From Macrostomum lignano (taxonomy: Eukaryota): a DNA stretch of 64,000 bases. The DNA lies in assembly GCA_002269645.1 (NCBI GenBank), contig NIVC01003334.1, forward strand, positions 39,669-103,668. Direction: 5' to 3'. Below the pieces are notes generated by a model. The model made no database searches, was not told the origin of the DNA, and saw nothing but the letters and a program-made list of their open reading frames with translations. This document shows positions 51,126-63,800 of this stretch, piece after piece (position 1 is the stretch's first letter; each line of letters begins with the position of its first letter). Made by a program: the position numbers and the translations under genes.

Positions 51126-52548
51126 AATTTAATGTTAGAAAAGTTAAGAATACAGAAGACTTCTAAAGTTGATAGGTGAGGCCATAGACAGCACGCGAAC
51201 ATCTGAACTGAGAGAAAAACAAGCTTGAAGTCTGACAATGTAGAGATGACGCACTGCTTTCGAGTGCAGCAACGACCTAGGTGCGGAGTGAGCCGAGTAC
51301 CGTTTTGCGTTCGGCAATGCCCCATTGCGTTGCCACACGCATTTATGGTAAAAACAAAATCAAAATCGTTTGACAATGCAACAAGTCTGAGATGTGTTAA
51401 CTCAAATTAACAGACTTTTTTCTACCCCAAATGCATTGATTTTGAAAGCAGCGCCAAAAATTCCGTTCGTGTCCCTAAACTACTGCTACTACTACTACTA
51501 CTTACTACTACTTCTACTAAACTTTGAATTTGCTAGCAACGAGTAGTCGGCTTATGAACCTAAGAATAAGGAGTGATACATATTAGGTCTATGTAATCTG
51601 TGGTCTCAGTTGAGTTTTTTTTGGTCAAAAAGTTCCGTGCTGTCTATGGCCCAACCTGTCTTGGTTTGAAATCTAATCTCTTAGATTGTCTGTTTTCTAA
51701 CTTGGTATATCAAAAGCAATGCCTAATTAGTTTAACGTATTTTTACTTAATTCTTCAATGGTTTAGCTTCATTATTTGTCTATGGCCAAAGTGTCAACTT
51801 GATGGCGTCCCGGGGCACACATTTGGCATTTTGAACATAGACGAAAACGAAAACTGCGTGCGTTAAAAAAATTAAAAGACTTTATTAACCCTGTAATTCA
51901 GTTACTAATTTGTTTAAAATGATCAATTATTATTAGCGTTCTATAACTACGTTATGTACTTTCGTTGGATAACAATTGTTTATTCCAGGTTATTCAGTGT
52001 AAAATATTCATTTTTAACATGTCCTTGCTTTACATTGTTTGCTAATACAATTCTGTAACTTATTATTTTAGTACGGTACTGCAGGCTCATAAAAATGGTT
52101 CATTTAAATTTTATGATCATTATAATAAATCATATTTGTTTGCTGCGTAATCCAATTAATTTTGATTAGCCGCCCCATTGTGTCACATATATTTGCAATG
52201 GACATCTACATGCCTGTGCCTCAGTTTCACTTGCTAAAACAGTTGCTGCCTGTTAACTTGAAAAAATCGATATTGTGTAAAAGTGATTCATTTGGTTTAT
52301 GTATGTTTCTGTCAAAATCAATTTAAAATTTAAAAAATTGGGCAACGTAACCATTTTTGTCGCACTACTCACTGCAAACTACTAAAACTACTGCTGTCTT
52401 TCGACTAATAAAAAATTAAATTGACCAGCAGAATTTACTCACTTGTGGGCCGGCATTAACATATTTTAACTTCATTCTGACTGTCAATCTTTATTATTCA
52501 TACCTGTTGCGGGTTTTATTTTAGTTTATCTAAAAAAGTATAACCCCG

Positions 52549-52917
52549 GCAGTAGTTACCTACCCTCAGGCACTTCAGTTAGCAGCAGTTTCCCTACCCT
52601 CAGGCACTTCAGTTAGCAGCAGTTACCTACCCTCAGGCACTTCAGTTAGCAGCAGTTACCTACCCTCAGGCACTTCAGTTAGCAGCAGTTACCTACCCTC
52701 AGGCACTTCAGTTAGCAGCAGTTACCTACCCTCAGGCACTTCAGTTAGCGGCAGTTTCCCTACCCTCAGGCACTTCAGTTAGCGGCAGTTTCCCTACCCT
52801 CAGGCACTTCAGTTAGCAGCAGTTACCTGCCCCCAGGCACTTCAGTTAGCAGCAGTTACCTGCCCCCAGGCACTTCAGTTAGCAGCAGTTACCTGCCCCC
52901 AGGCCCTTCAACCAGCA
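52549..52917. repeat. 33-bp tandem repeat (CAGCAGTTACCTACCCTCAGGCACTTCAGTTAG), about 11 copies, just upstream of the CCDC86-like exon
   Basis: Directly visible. Confidence 0.95.
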
Positions 52918-52938
52918 CTGACATCTTGCGCATTGCAG

Positions 52939-53295
52939 TCGTCAGTTCAGCCAGCAGACGTCAGCGAGGAGGCGGCACCGTTGCGAGGCCGGCCGAAGTC
53001 CGGCAAAGTGTGGAAATCCGTTCGCACTGAACGCTCCTCCTCGGCCAGATGCGACAAAGTGTTTCACACCAGCTGGTCAAAGAAGATGCAGTTGAAGCTG
53101 TCCCAGCAGGCAGCCAAAGCGATGGAGGCTGAGCTGCGAGCCAAGCGCAAAGAGGAGGCTGACGAACGGCGATCGCGCTTAGCTGCCAAGCGCAAACGAC
53201 GCGAAGAGAATGTTCGAAAAGCCGAGGTCACTTGCACTATTAAAAATCCGGCCAAGATTCGCAAGACTAGGAAGCGCTTGCTGAGAAAGGTGTGA
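52939..53295 (+). CDS. CCDC86: CCDC86/Cgr1-family nucleolar coiled-coil protein, main exon (start exon not located)
   Basis: GRPKSGKVWK..TSWSKKM..RREENVRKAEVTCTIKNPAKIRKTRKRLLRK matches the CCDC86 C-terminal motifs (GKPKSGRVWK, TSWQRKM, ERKAEVVQVIRNPAKLK). Preceded by the acceptor TTGCAG. Confidence 0.85.
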   Translation, partial: SSVQPADVSEEAAPLRGRPKSGKVWKSVRTERSSSARCDKVFHTSWSKKMQLKLSQQAAKAMEAELRAKRKEEADERRSRLAAKRKRREENVRKAEVTCTIKNPAKIRKTRKRLLRKV

Positions 53296-53320
53296 GATTG
53301 GCTTGGCTGACTTTGTTGTA

Positions 53321-53665
53321 CAGACAGTGACAGACAGACAGAGACAGACAGACAATGACAGACAGACAATGACAGACAGACAATGATAGACAGACAAAAT
53401 GACAGACAGTCAATGACAGACAGACAATGACAGACAGACAAAATGACAGACAGACAATGACAGACAGACAAAATGACAGACAGACAATGACAGACAGACA
53501 ATGACAGACAGACAAAATGACAGACAGACAATGATAGACAGACAAAATGACAGACAGACAATGACAGACAGACAAAATGACAGACAGACAGAGACAGACA
53601 GACAATGACAGACAGACAAAATGACAGACAGACAAAATGACAGACAGACAAAGACAGACAGACAA
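53321..53665. repeat. (GACA)n / AATGACAGACAGAC compound microsatellite
   Basis: Directly visible. Confidence 0.95.
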
Positions 53666-53983
53666 TAAGAGGCAGATATGCGGTGTCAGACAGGTTAGTG
53701 GCAGACAAGTTTAAAAAGGATGCCGACTGAAATCTGGCATTTGCGCATTATTAGCCTCTGCCTTAGCATTGGCGTTACTGGCGTCAAATAAATTGAGTCA
53801 GCTAAGCTATGATTCGCTTTAAAGCGCTTATGAGTTGGTAATTGGTCTCGCAGTATGAGCTAATGTTATTAAAAACTTTAGAAACTTTTTTGTATTAAAT
53901 TTTTTTTATTTAGTAGATTCATATATATCCTTTGAAGTAAGTCTTAATAATGGCTGCAGCACAATAATAAGCGATATATACTA

Positions 53984-55654
53984 CTATTTTGATTCGTCGT
54001 TCCGTTTGTCGCCGCCATTTGGTTTCCATTTTTGCCGGCAGGTCACGTGACCTCCTACTACTCGAAGCCCGACTTCGGGATCTTGTCGACCTGCTAGTCG
54101 TTGATCTTCCAGTCCAGTGACTAAGCGGACTTCCTCGCCGTCCGCGCAGCGTTGCTGCTGTTGTCCTTGGCAGTGAAGTTGCAGGTATCGTTCGAATTTC
54201 TGCTCCACAGATAGGCCAGAATGGAACAAATCTCTGGACATCAGATCTGTCCTGGGTGGCAGCGTTTCGTTTAGTTCGTCTCGCTCTTTCTGCTTCTGGA
54301 AGATGCGCTCCCGTCTGATGCGGCATTGCCGCTGTTGCTGCTGCTGTTTTTGCTCGAGCTCGTGACGGGACCGAGCGCAAGCCAGGTAGCGGATGTGGCG
54401 CCGCTGCTCAGAGAGCGTCGGCTTAGATGACGTCGAATGTTTTGGCGAATGCTTCTCCTGGCTTTGCTGTTGAGTTTTTTCACGCGAGCGCCTTCTGTTG
54501 CCTAGGACTCGAACCTGAATGCCAAAAGAGGAACAAATAGCGAAAATTATTTTTAGGCAGAATGTCAATCAAGTGCAAATTACTCCTGTGAGTTGTGGCA
54601 GCTGGGGGAGGGCACACTGCCGACTAGCTCTCAGTAAACCGTGGTCAGGCTTTCCTGCGAAAGGTCATGGACCTTCCACGATGATACCCTGCATCGTATG
54701 CAGCCGAATTACTTTTTTGAGGCTCCAGAACGGAAATTGGCTTGACTGACTTCAATTAACCTTGTCGTTTTGATTTGCAGCGGGCCCAGAGGCCCCAGAC
54801 AGGCCCCTCTGTCTACTTTACTAAATAACCCCGGACCATTCTTCTCTTGCCAAAATGGTCGATTCAAGATTCAAGTCTGATTTTTCATTCTGTATCTTGG
54901 TAAAGAAATCTTTATCCATTCCAGTTTAAAGATACAATATACTCGTAAATTCATCAAACTGGTTCTTTAGAATTTTTTATCAGTGTCCTCTGTCAAAGCA
55001 ATGACGGTAACCTTCAACATCCTTCGATGTCACTAATGTTGGCTTGACTTAAAATCGTACATGTTCCCATTCGTGTCCTACATAATTTATTATTTACCTA
55101 TTTACACGTGCATTTCATTGTACTATTGTGACAAGAGCTCGAGGTTTTTTTCAACTTCTCATTTTAACAAGCAATTCTTAATTTCTGAGCTCTTTAGTGC
55201 TGTTATAGAGACGGGTTGGAGGATTTCTAGGCTCCGGATCACGTGATTAATGTGACCAGTTAACAGATATATGTGATTAAAATGTGTAAATTAGATGTCT
55301 AAGCAAGGTAATATTGAGCAGAGCGCATTGCTAGTACAGAATTATTGTTAAAACTTAAATCCCCGTAAATTCATATACATTTTTGTGGCTGAAATGTAAA
55401 TGTGGGCAAACTTCGGCGAGCAACTTCCGTACTACCGCAGCAGCATAGCATGGTTATTGGTTGCTCACCTGACTCCTCCAGCTGCCTTTGCCACCAATTA
55501 GTAGCACAGTCTCCTGCTGCTCCTGCGGCTGACTCTCCTCCAACGACGAGCTGATTCTTTGAGAAGTGGCGCCCGGCCCATCCGCATTGCCATCCCGTAT
55601 TGGCAGCTGGTATTGCTCGGGCATTGAGTGCGTTTTAGTGGCTGTGTTCGCCAT
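53984..55654 (-). CDS. Hypothetical two-exon protein (about 238 aa, Q/R-rich, no recognised family)
   Basis: Exon 55654-55469 (ATG..WRSQ, donor CAG|GTGAGC) joins in phase 0 to exon 54514-53984 (acceptor TTTTGGCATTCAG). Composition is GC-rich and exon-like. No homology recognised. Confidence 0.4.
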
Positions 55655-57896
55655 TCTCAAGGCGAATTGATGATGAACTGATCCGTTCTCGTACACTTAC
55701 ACCCTGCTCAGCAAGTTTGAGTTTCTTACCAGTGCAAGCAACATTAGTGTAGTGCGGCTTTTATACACGTTTTCTGTCTGTTCGATTGAAAAAAAGCTAT
55801 ATACCGCCGCCATCTCTCGCATCATCTTGCATCGCAGCTTCTTTGCCAACTTTAATGGCGCTCCCGTGATGCATTACTAACTGCACTTTATAGTCCGCGA
55901 CACGCCTCATGGTTACATTCCCAGCCTCTTGAATGGCTGGGCTCTTAATCCCATTCCACTTTCTCTTTGTGCTACTCTTTTTATGTTCCCCCTTTTTCTC
56001 GCCATTTTTTACTTATGAATTTCTTTATGGCCTGGAGGTTTTTTTGCGAAGAGACAGGAAGTCATCCATTCCGTATTCCAGAAGCGCCCTCTACTCTTCT
56101 TTCTCATTTTTCTATACTATTTGTAACCAATTATATATAATCCCATGCTGGTTTTACTTCAGGTAAGGTTAATCACGTCTGAAGAATTAGTTAGAATTTT
56201 GTAAAGTGTCTTTTAAAAAGTCATTTAGTTTGCTACTGAGGTTCCGACTGAGGACGCACCTACGCACAAGGTACCATTCTTAGACAACTGATAACAAATT
56301 ATTTTAACAGATCCAAACCGAATTTGCGAATTTGCGTTTTGTTCAGCTCTGAATAGGGTTTTACCATAGACCAAATCGATTGAAAAAAATCAGAGATAAA
56401 GACAACTTCAATGCATGGAATGTTGAAGAATTGTACAAGCGCTATCCATATGGTAAATCCTGCAGTAATTCTTTGAAAAGTGGACGTCTGTCTATTGGAA
56501 GAAGCTGAGCTGCAAAACCGATCATTTGTTTCATTGTTATTAGAGCTAAGTATAGTATCGCTTTTGGCGTTCTAAAAGAGATTGTGGCCAAGCAAAACTA
56601 GATAGACTCCATATCCTCTTCATACTAGCTCGGTTTCAGCACAGCACGAGCGATGTTAAAAAACATGACCTTAAACTACGCCCGTATAATCCATAGACTA
56701 TAAATGAAGAATAAAAAAGACACGCAGCCTGTCTGTACGAGAGTAATTGGAAAATAACCGATTTTTTTTTCGAAATCTCTAATAATTAAAGCATTAGCTA
56801 TAGAATGAATGATTCGTTATTCACTGCGTCGATCAGGATTTGACGGTCTTCTGTTGGAATCGGTGGAGCCATAATAGTTGTACAGTTTAAAGTTGAGGTG
56901 CAGCAGGTTGAAACAGAGAAATTTGTAAACTAGCTGAGGGATCGTTCTCGTATTAATAAGGCACTGCGTCTCATTTAGATTCTCCATTTAAAGTCTATGG
57001 CTTTTCGGGGCATAGTCTATGGCATATAAGTAGTCTAATTGGATGTTGTCATACACTTTGGAATCTTTGTAAAATGACACCCTGAACAAAACAAAAAAGT
57101 TAACGGCGAATAGGATTGATATCTCAGGGACTTCTGCGATATAAGTATACCATAGCTCGCACATCAGGGACGGTGAGCCAGTAAGTGCCATAGAAAAAAT
57201 GCGAGCGACAGGCCTGCGATAGGTGAGCAGAAGTCCCTGATAGGCGCGACTTAAAATTCTTTTTAAGTTCTAGTTTTACCGAAATAATGCTTCATACTTC
57301 ATGTTAATTAAAAATCAGGTGAAAAAAAACCAGAAACTTTTTGCATGCCATAACTAAAGGCTAAAAATAGAATCTGCAGCTTGATAAAGTCTGAATATAA
57401 ATATTTATATTTCTCAAGGATTATAATAAAATCTGATTTCTTTATAAACACACAGGGATAGAAGCAATAGACATAAAGAATATAGAGGCTTAACTTAAAA
57501 GAATATAAGTAATCATTGCAGAGCTCAGAAAATAAGTTTCTCAGAAAAAATAGGCTTTTTATGAAAACTCAAAACTTTTAATTGAATTAATAAAACTTAT
57601 GCAACCTTTTATAAATAGTTTCTCTCTTTCAGTATTTCGATATAGCAAGTAAGACTATTTTTAATTACGTAGAATTAGAGTCGCTGAGGCAGTCCGATAG
57701 AAATCTATACCTAAGTACTTAAAAGTAGCCGGAAAAGGCACAGTTTAAACATAAAAATAAGAAAAAATAATATATATATTTGTGTCTTAAAAAGTTTTTC
57801 TCCAAAAGAAAAATTTCGTCCCTTTCTTATCAGCTCTGTGTTTTCCAACGTTTCTCTTCAGCAGCCTAGCTTATTCCATTAATCTGCATTGATATG

Positions 57897-60800
57897 TCAG
57901 TCTCCATTGTACACGATTTTCTCTTGATTGGCTTTGATTGCTTTAGCCTGCTGCTCTTCTAGTCGAATTCCGGCCGTGCAGATGTAGAGTTCCAGCTCGT
58001 CCAGCTTCCCGTCCAGCACCATCAGATGCTGCTGTCCATCTGAGGTTTCTGCAGAGTTGGTTTATAATTTAGATGTAATTTAGATGTCTCACTTAAAATT
58101 GATAACAATATAGTTGAGATGGTCGAATGATCAAACCAATCCGGGAACTGCTGTCTGCCAGGTTCTGGCTTGCGTTCTGGGCGTATTTTGTGAGCCTTTA
58201 GGAAATTCCTGAGTTAATTCCTAGCTTGATTATTTCAATTTTGTTGCCTTAGAACAGGGGTCAGCAAACTCAAGAGTCAAATAGAGAGTCTAACGCATTA
58301 CTGCGGCTCAGAGGAGGGGAGAGAAGAGGAGAGACTGGAGAGAAGGGGGAAGAGAGAGATCTGAGAAGTGACACAAACATTGAACGGGCCGGATTGACTG
58401 TAAAGTTTCAAAGGACCCGAAGACCGGATAGAGAGGCTTTGCTGACCCAAGCCTTGGAAGAAAACTATACGACATCATTGACAATCAGTATCCATATGAA
58501 ATCTGTTAAGATAAATAATCCCTACAATTAAGATCCCGGGATCATGTACATGTAGAGGTGTTCGTTGTCAATTTACCTTGCATATAGTTGAACCTGGTAT
58601 CGATGTGATGCAGCTTATTGGCGGCCTCCTTGCAGCCAAACAGCGATCTTATACAGGAAACCGCATAGTCCACGATCTCATATTCGTTAGAGACGTTGGC
58701 CCAGTCGGCCTTGACAGCCGAGAAGCTCTCCAGGATGATGGTGAGGAAGAAGTTAATGAGGATGAAAGAGACGAACAACATGTAGAAGAAGAAGAATATC
58801 ATGCCGAGGTTTCCACCGCCAACGATGAAGGTTGTGAAGTCGAATTTGTCTGCAAAATATTGTGGCGCATAATGAAGATACCGGAAAATATAGTGTACCT
58901 AATATACGCATATACATGTAGAGGCCAACTGTTCGCTACTATAATATATATTAAACAATATGCACATGCACATCTAGCATTTTTGTAGTGAATCTCCCAT
59001 ATGTGTCCTTCCACTGGTGCACAGTGGCAGGAATGCTAATTCGAAGAGCCCCCGTCTCTCGGTGGGCGCCCTTCTTTTTTGGGCGCCCCTATCACTTGGT
59101 TAGCACCTCTTTCTCTCGGTGGGCGCCCCTTTCTCTTTGTGGGCACCCATGTCTCTTAGTAGGTGTCTCTGTCTCTCGGTGGGCGCGCCTGTCTCTTGTT
59201 GGGCGCCTCTGTCTTTTTGGGGCAACCGCTAACTCTTGGTAGGCACCCCTGTCTCTCGGTGGGCGCCCCCTTCTCTTTGTGGGCACCCATGTCTCTTGGT
59301 AGGTGTCCCTGTCTCTTAATGGGCAATAAATTCCATCAAAATGCAATCTCTCGATACAATAAAATTCGTACTGGTGGTAAATATGCTTATAGTGCTTCTC
59401 TGTTTTCGCAATATGTTTGGCCTCGGTCAGTGTAAACACTAGACACTGATATATATAAGAAATACCTATCATCCCTGACAATTCTCTTACTTAGATCTTA
59501 GGTTCCATTTAGGAGCTAGGAACATTTCAATCAGTCCCGTGACGCATACAACCTCATGTTTTTTATCGGTTGCCAATGCCCTATATGCGAGCTAGTTAAA
59601 TCTCGTATTCTCGAACACATTTTCGGATTCGTCCTTTATAGTTCTTCCTTGATTTTCCTGCTGGGAGCATGCATGCCTTAAACGCATACCTGTTTGATAT
59701 AAACAAGTTATAAAGCACCAACTCACTCAGAGTCATAACGCCCAACGTCTCCACAGTGGCAATCGGAGTCTTGAAGCTTTCCACATTGCAGAAGAACATT
59801 AAGTAACCCATCTGCACAAATGCAAAAAACATGATGCCAAACACGACGCCAAAGTGCAGCAGAGGCTTCACCGCCTTCTGCAGCACGCAGCCCAGCATGC
59901 GCATCTTTCGGTTGAACGTTAACAAGCGGAGGAATCTAATCGTGAAGATGAACACGATCAGGCCCATGAACAGCTGGTTCATCTGGAAATCAGTTGAAAA
60001 AAACAAGGAAAGTACCCTGGTAGCTTCAGTATTTCTATTGCTGTGCTGCGATGGCGTCTCCAATGAAATTTGCTATCAAACGAAAGATCACACTCACCTG
60101 CTGCCAAAGTATCAGCCACTGAAAGTTGACAAACTTATTCGGATACGTTCTGAGCAGGTACGAGACAGCCTTCTGGGCGACAATTCTCGTGGCAAACAGG
60201 CCGATTTCGGCGCAGCAGACAAGAAGCAAAACAAAATCCATGACGTTGAATGCGTCCTGTAAGTTTTTGTTGAAGTAGAATTACAGAAACGCATGCAGAG
60301 GCGCTGAACATATACTGTAGGGAAGCAGAATGTTCTACCTGAAAGTAGCTGCACTTTTTCTTATGCAACGCTCGGATTTCTTTCACCAAGAAAACAACAA
60401 TGAAGATTAGCGAGACAATGTCCAAGGCGAGGTACAGCATCCCGTTGGCGCCGACGTATCGATCCATTCGCAGCGTGAAAATCATCGGGTCGGGCAAGAA
60501 TGAGCCACCGTTGTGGAACTCTAGCAGCAGCTCGCAGAATGTGAACAGATTGGTGTTTGGATTGTACAGAAGCATCTCAACGAATACGCCCCTCGTGTAA
60601 ACGTCTAGCCAACCTTCTTTGGCCAGTTTCGTTACTTTTGACCGAGCTTCGTAACGATTGCGGCCTAGCGAGGCTACATAGCCGCCGCCTGAGTAAGTTG
60701 CGATGGTGCCGCCAACCGGTGTGCCGTACATCTCCATAGCGTCGGTGTAGGTCCACTCGGGTTGGACTGGCGCTGGAATAGTACAGCTTGTATTCAGGTT

Positions 60801-63800
60801 TTTTTCGCTAAAAAACTACACCCAGTAGCATGTTAAAGTTTCCAACTCAAAATCAGTGGTTTACGCTCGTACTTTTCTCGGAGCTCAGCAGCCCAAGTGA
60901 TGCGATTCACGCCACGCCCGCAGTTCTTGTCTCAACTGTGGGTAATCTACTTAGCAAACCTCTATTGCTCACGCTAGTGCGGAGAGAGTGGAGAGTTATG
61001 GCTAGAGCTGCATTGAAGCTGCCACTCTCAGTTGTCAGGCCTTATGAACTGGGTTCATAGAAACTTAACCATGTTGCTGAATGTAACACTGTCACGGACT
61101 CGACTACAGCAACCTTCCGATTCTGATTGTTGTCGGTAACCTTTAGATTTACATGAAAGCTTCACCTGAACTGGCTCTATCTTTCGTCCAGACATTCACT
61201 TTAGAATCCATAATACTCTGAGAAGGTTTGGTATGTCTACTGTAAAAGTGTTGCGATTGAATGTGGAGAGAACTTTTGGGGCTACATTGAGCTGGCTTTA
61301 ATGATGTATCTACGATCTTTAAAACAGAATTATCATTATTGGCACAATAAAAATACCAATCTTCCTTAGGGTTAATGACCTATAAAACTAATCACTGACA
61401 AACTACAGACAGTTGTCATTTGGCAAACTTACTGGTTGAATTTGCCAGCAGCCAGCCAGGTGCAAAGGACCTCTCATCGTCGCTCCACATGCTGTACTCA
61501 GGGCGGCACTCGCTAATAATGTTGGCAAAGTACGAAGAAATTTTGCAGCTGTCAACAGCCTTCTTGATTCGCAGCTGTCTGAGTTGCGCCATCCGAACCA
61601 GCATGAGGTTCGGATCCGAGGTCCAGTTCAAGCCAATTTGATTGCAGAATTCCCCATTGTAGCAGGCAATCGGATAGGCAGTTGGGATCACAGTGTTGTT
61701 TAGGTAGTCCCACAATGAGTCACGACGTATAGCTGAAGACATCGTTTTGGCCTGATGCGTCTCATTTTGAACGTAGATACCCTTGGTCAGCATGTTTTTC
61801 ACATAATTGTTCTGCAGATACGATCGGTAATCCTGACTAGTGTAGGCAGCCATCATGAGTACTACGAGAAACAGAATGTAGAAAACGATGTCCTTTCAAG
61901 ATGTCGTTCATGTTGTTCTCACGGATTCTGGATGGTGATGTTAAAATAGACTGTAGTAGAAACTGTACATTAGTTCAAAAATATTTGTGCAAACTTAAAA
62001 AGTTACAACGGTGAAATGGTGATAGAATTTCTCTTACCGCTGCTCCCGCAACTCCCTCAGCACGTGCTCATCAGGCGGCGGAGGCGCCCGCTTCGACTTC
62101 AGGAACATCTCCCTCTTGCTGGGGTCGGTCAGGTCCTTGATGCTCAGCCGCTCGTGCACTGGCGGGAGGCCCGCAGCGACCATCTCCTTCGTCACCTCGT
62201 CCTCGTCCTCGTCGATCTTCTTCACCAGCAGAGCGTAGGCGGCGGCGATCACCACGATCTTCACCGGCTGAATCAGCACGATCGACTGCAGCAAAGTGAC
62301 AAGCATCGAGGCGAGCCACTCGGACGTCTTGGCCTCGCCGAGAACTCCGCCGAACTCCACCATCAGATAGGTGCACGCGGCCACGCTGAGAAACGACAGG
62401 ATGTAGCCGATGATGTAGGACCACCAAGGCAGAGGCCACACGCGGCGCACGGCTGGGCGGATTCGAGCCAGGACTTTCGACTTGAGCGACTTTCTGGCGG
62501 CTTCTTCGGTGGCGACAGACGGTTCGCCAATGGCATACTTTTCACCATCCCCAGCGCCGCTCTCTTCGTCAGGTGTGACCGGTCCGCGTGGCTTCACCTT
62601 TGAGGCCTTCTTCGGCTTGTTACGTCTGTTTTTGAACAGCACAACAATGAGCACGTTAATCGGCAGGATGATCAGCGAGGACACAGTTGCCAGGTAGATG
62701 CTGTGAGCAGTGAGCTTTATCGGGCCGAACTCGATTAGTTGCGGACTCTCGACATGTTTTGACTGTCCGTAGAACATAAGGTTGACCATCATGGTGCTCA
62801 TGACCAACACCAAGCAGGCGGTGGCTCGCTGGACTCTCGTGAACTTGCTCCTGGGAGACCTGGTCACCACCGAGAGCCACAGGTGGCCGTCGTTGAGGTT
62901 CTTCTGCGCCTTGCTCCAGAAGACGACTTCGAACTTCCTGACCTCCTCCATTCCGGACACGGGCAAAATCCTGTCCACCTGAAATTGGCACGCTGATGTT
63001 GCATCTCTGCTCCAGTGCAATGTCTACTCAATAAAATGCTTAGCTTACCATTCCGTCATCCTCATCAAATGCGAACCAACGATTGCAGATAAAGAAGTAC
63101 TTGTCTCCCGTCTGCAAATCTTCAACCAGCAATCGATTGAAGTACCACTTGGGATCTGAGCCGGCGTTGTCGTGCCAAATCCTGGCATGGGTGAGACGGC
63201 CGAGGTAGCTCGGAGTCGTCATGAAGAACGAGTCTACGCAGCCAGTTTGCAGAACGGGTCTCTTAGGATCAAGGACCGGCCGAGCCTCACTCTCCGAGTC
63301 CTCGCCGATCAAAGAGAATGACACCTGGGCGGTCGTGCCGGCGTGTCGTCTGGCGCCCGTCCAGAAAGTCAACTCATACCTGAGAATTTTAAACAATTAT
63401 TGAATGTTTTAAAATTGCATAATATTTTGATAACTTCAAGCTTTCATAAGATCAGTCGAAGAGTCAAGCCTGTCCGTAAAGAAGAAGATAATAATTACTT
63501 ACCTGAATTCGTCTGCCGGATGATTGTCTGGCAACGGCGTGACGCCAACCTTCTTCATATCGTCCTTGTCTTTTCTGCGAACCCAAACAACAATGATTAG
63601 GTAGAAACAGACCAGTGCCAGGACCACGCTCAGTGCGATCGGGTTGCTGTCCAGCTTCAGCCAGCCCGAGTCGGAAGGATTAAACGCCAACGGTGGCACG
63701 TAGAATGAAGACATAAACGAAGTCATGTGGCTGCTGAAGCATTGCGTTTCAGTTGGCGTACTGCACTGACCGACCTAAAAAAAACATTTTCAACACGTAT

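Noticed and set aside
54790-57250. Protein-like fragments (e.g. MDKDFFTKIQNEKSDLNLES; KDNFNAWNVEELYKRYPY)
   Set aside because: They are short, stop-interrupted and could not be assigned to any family by eye.
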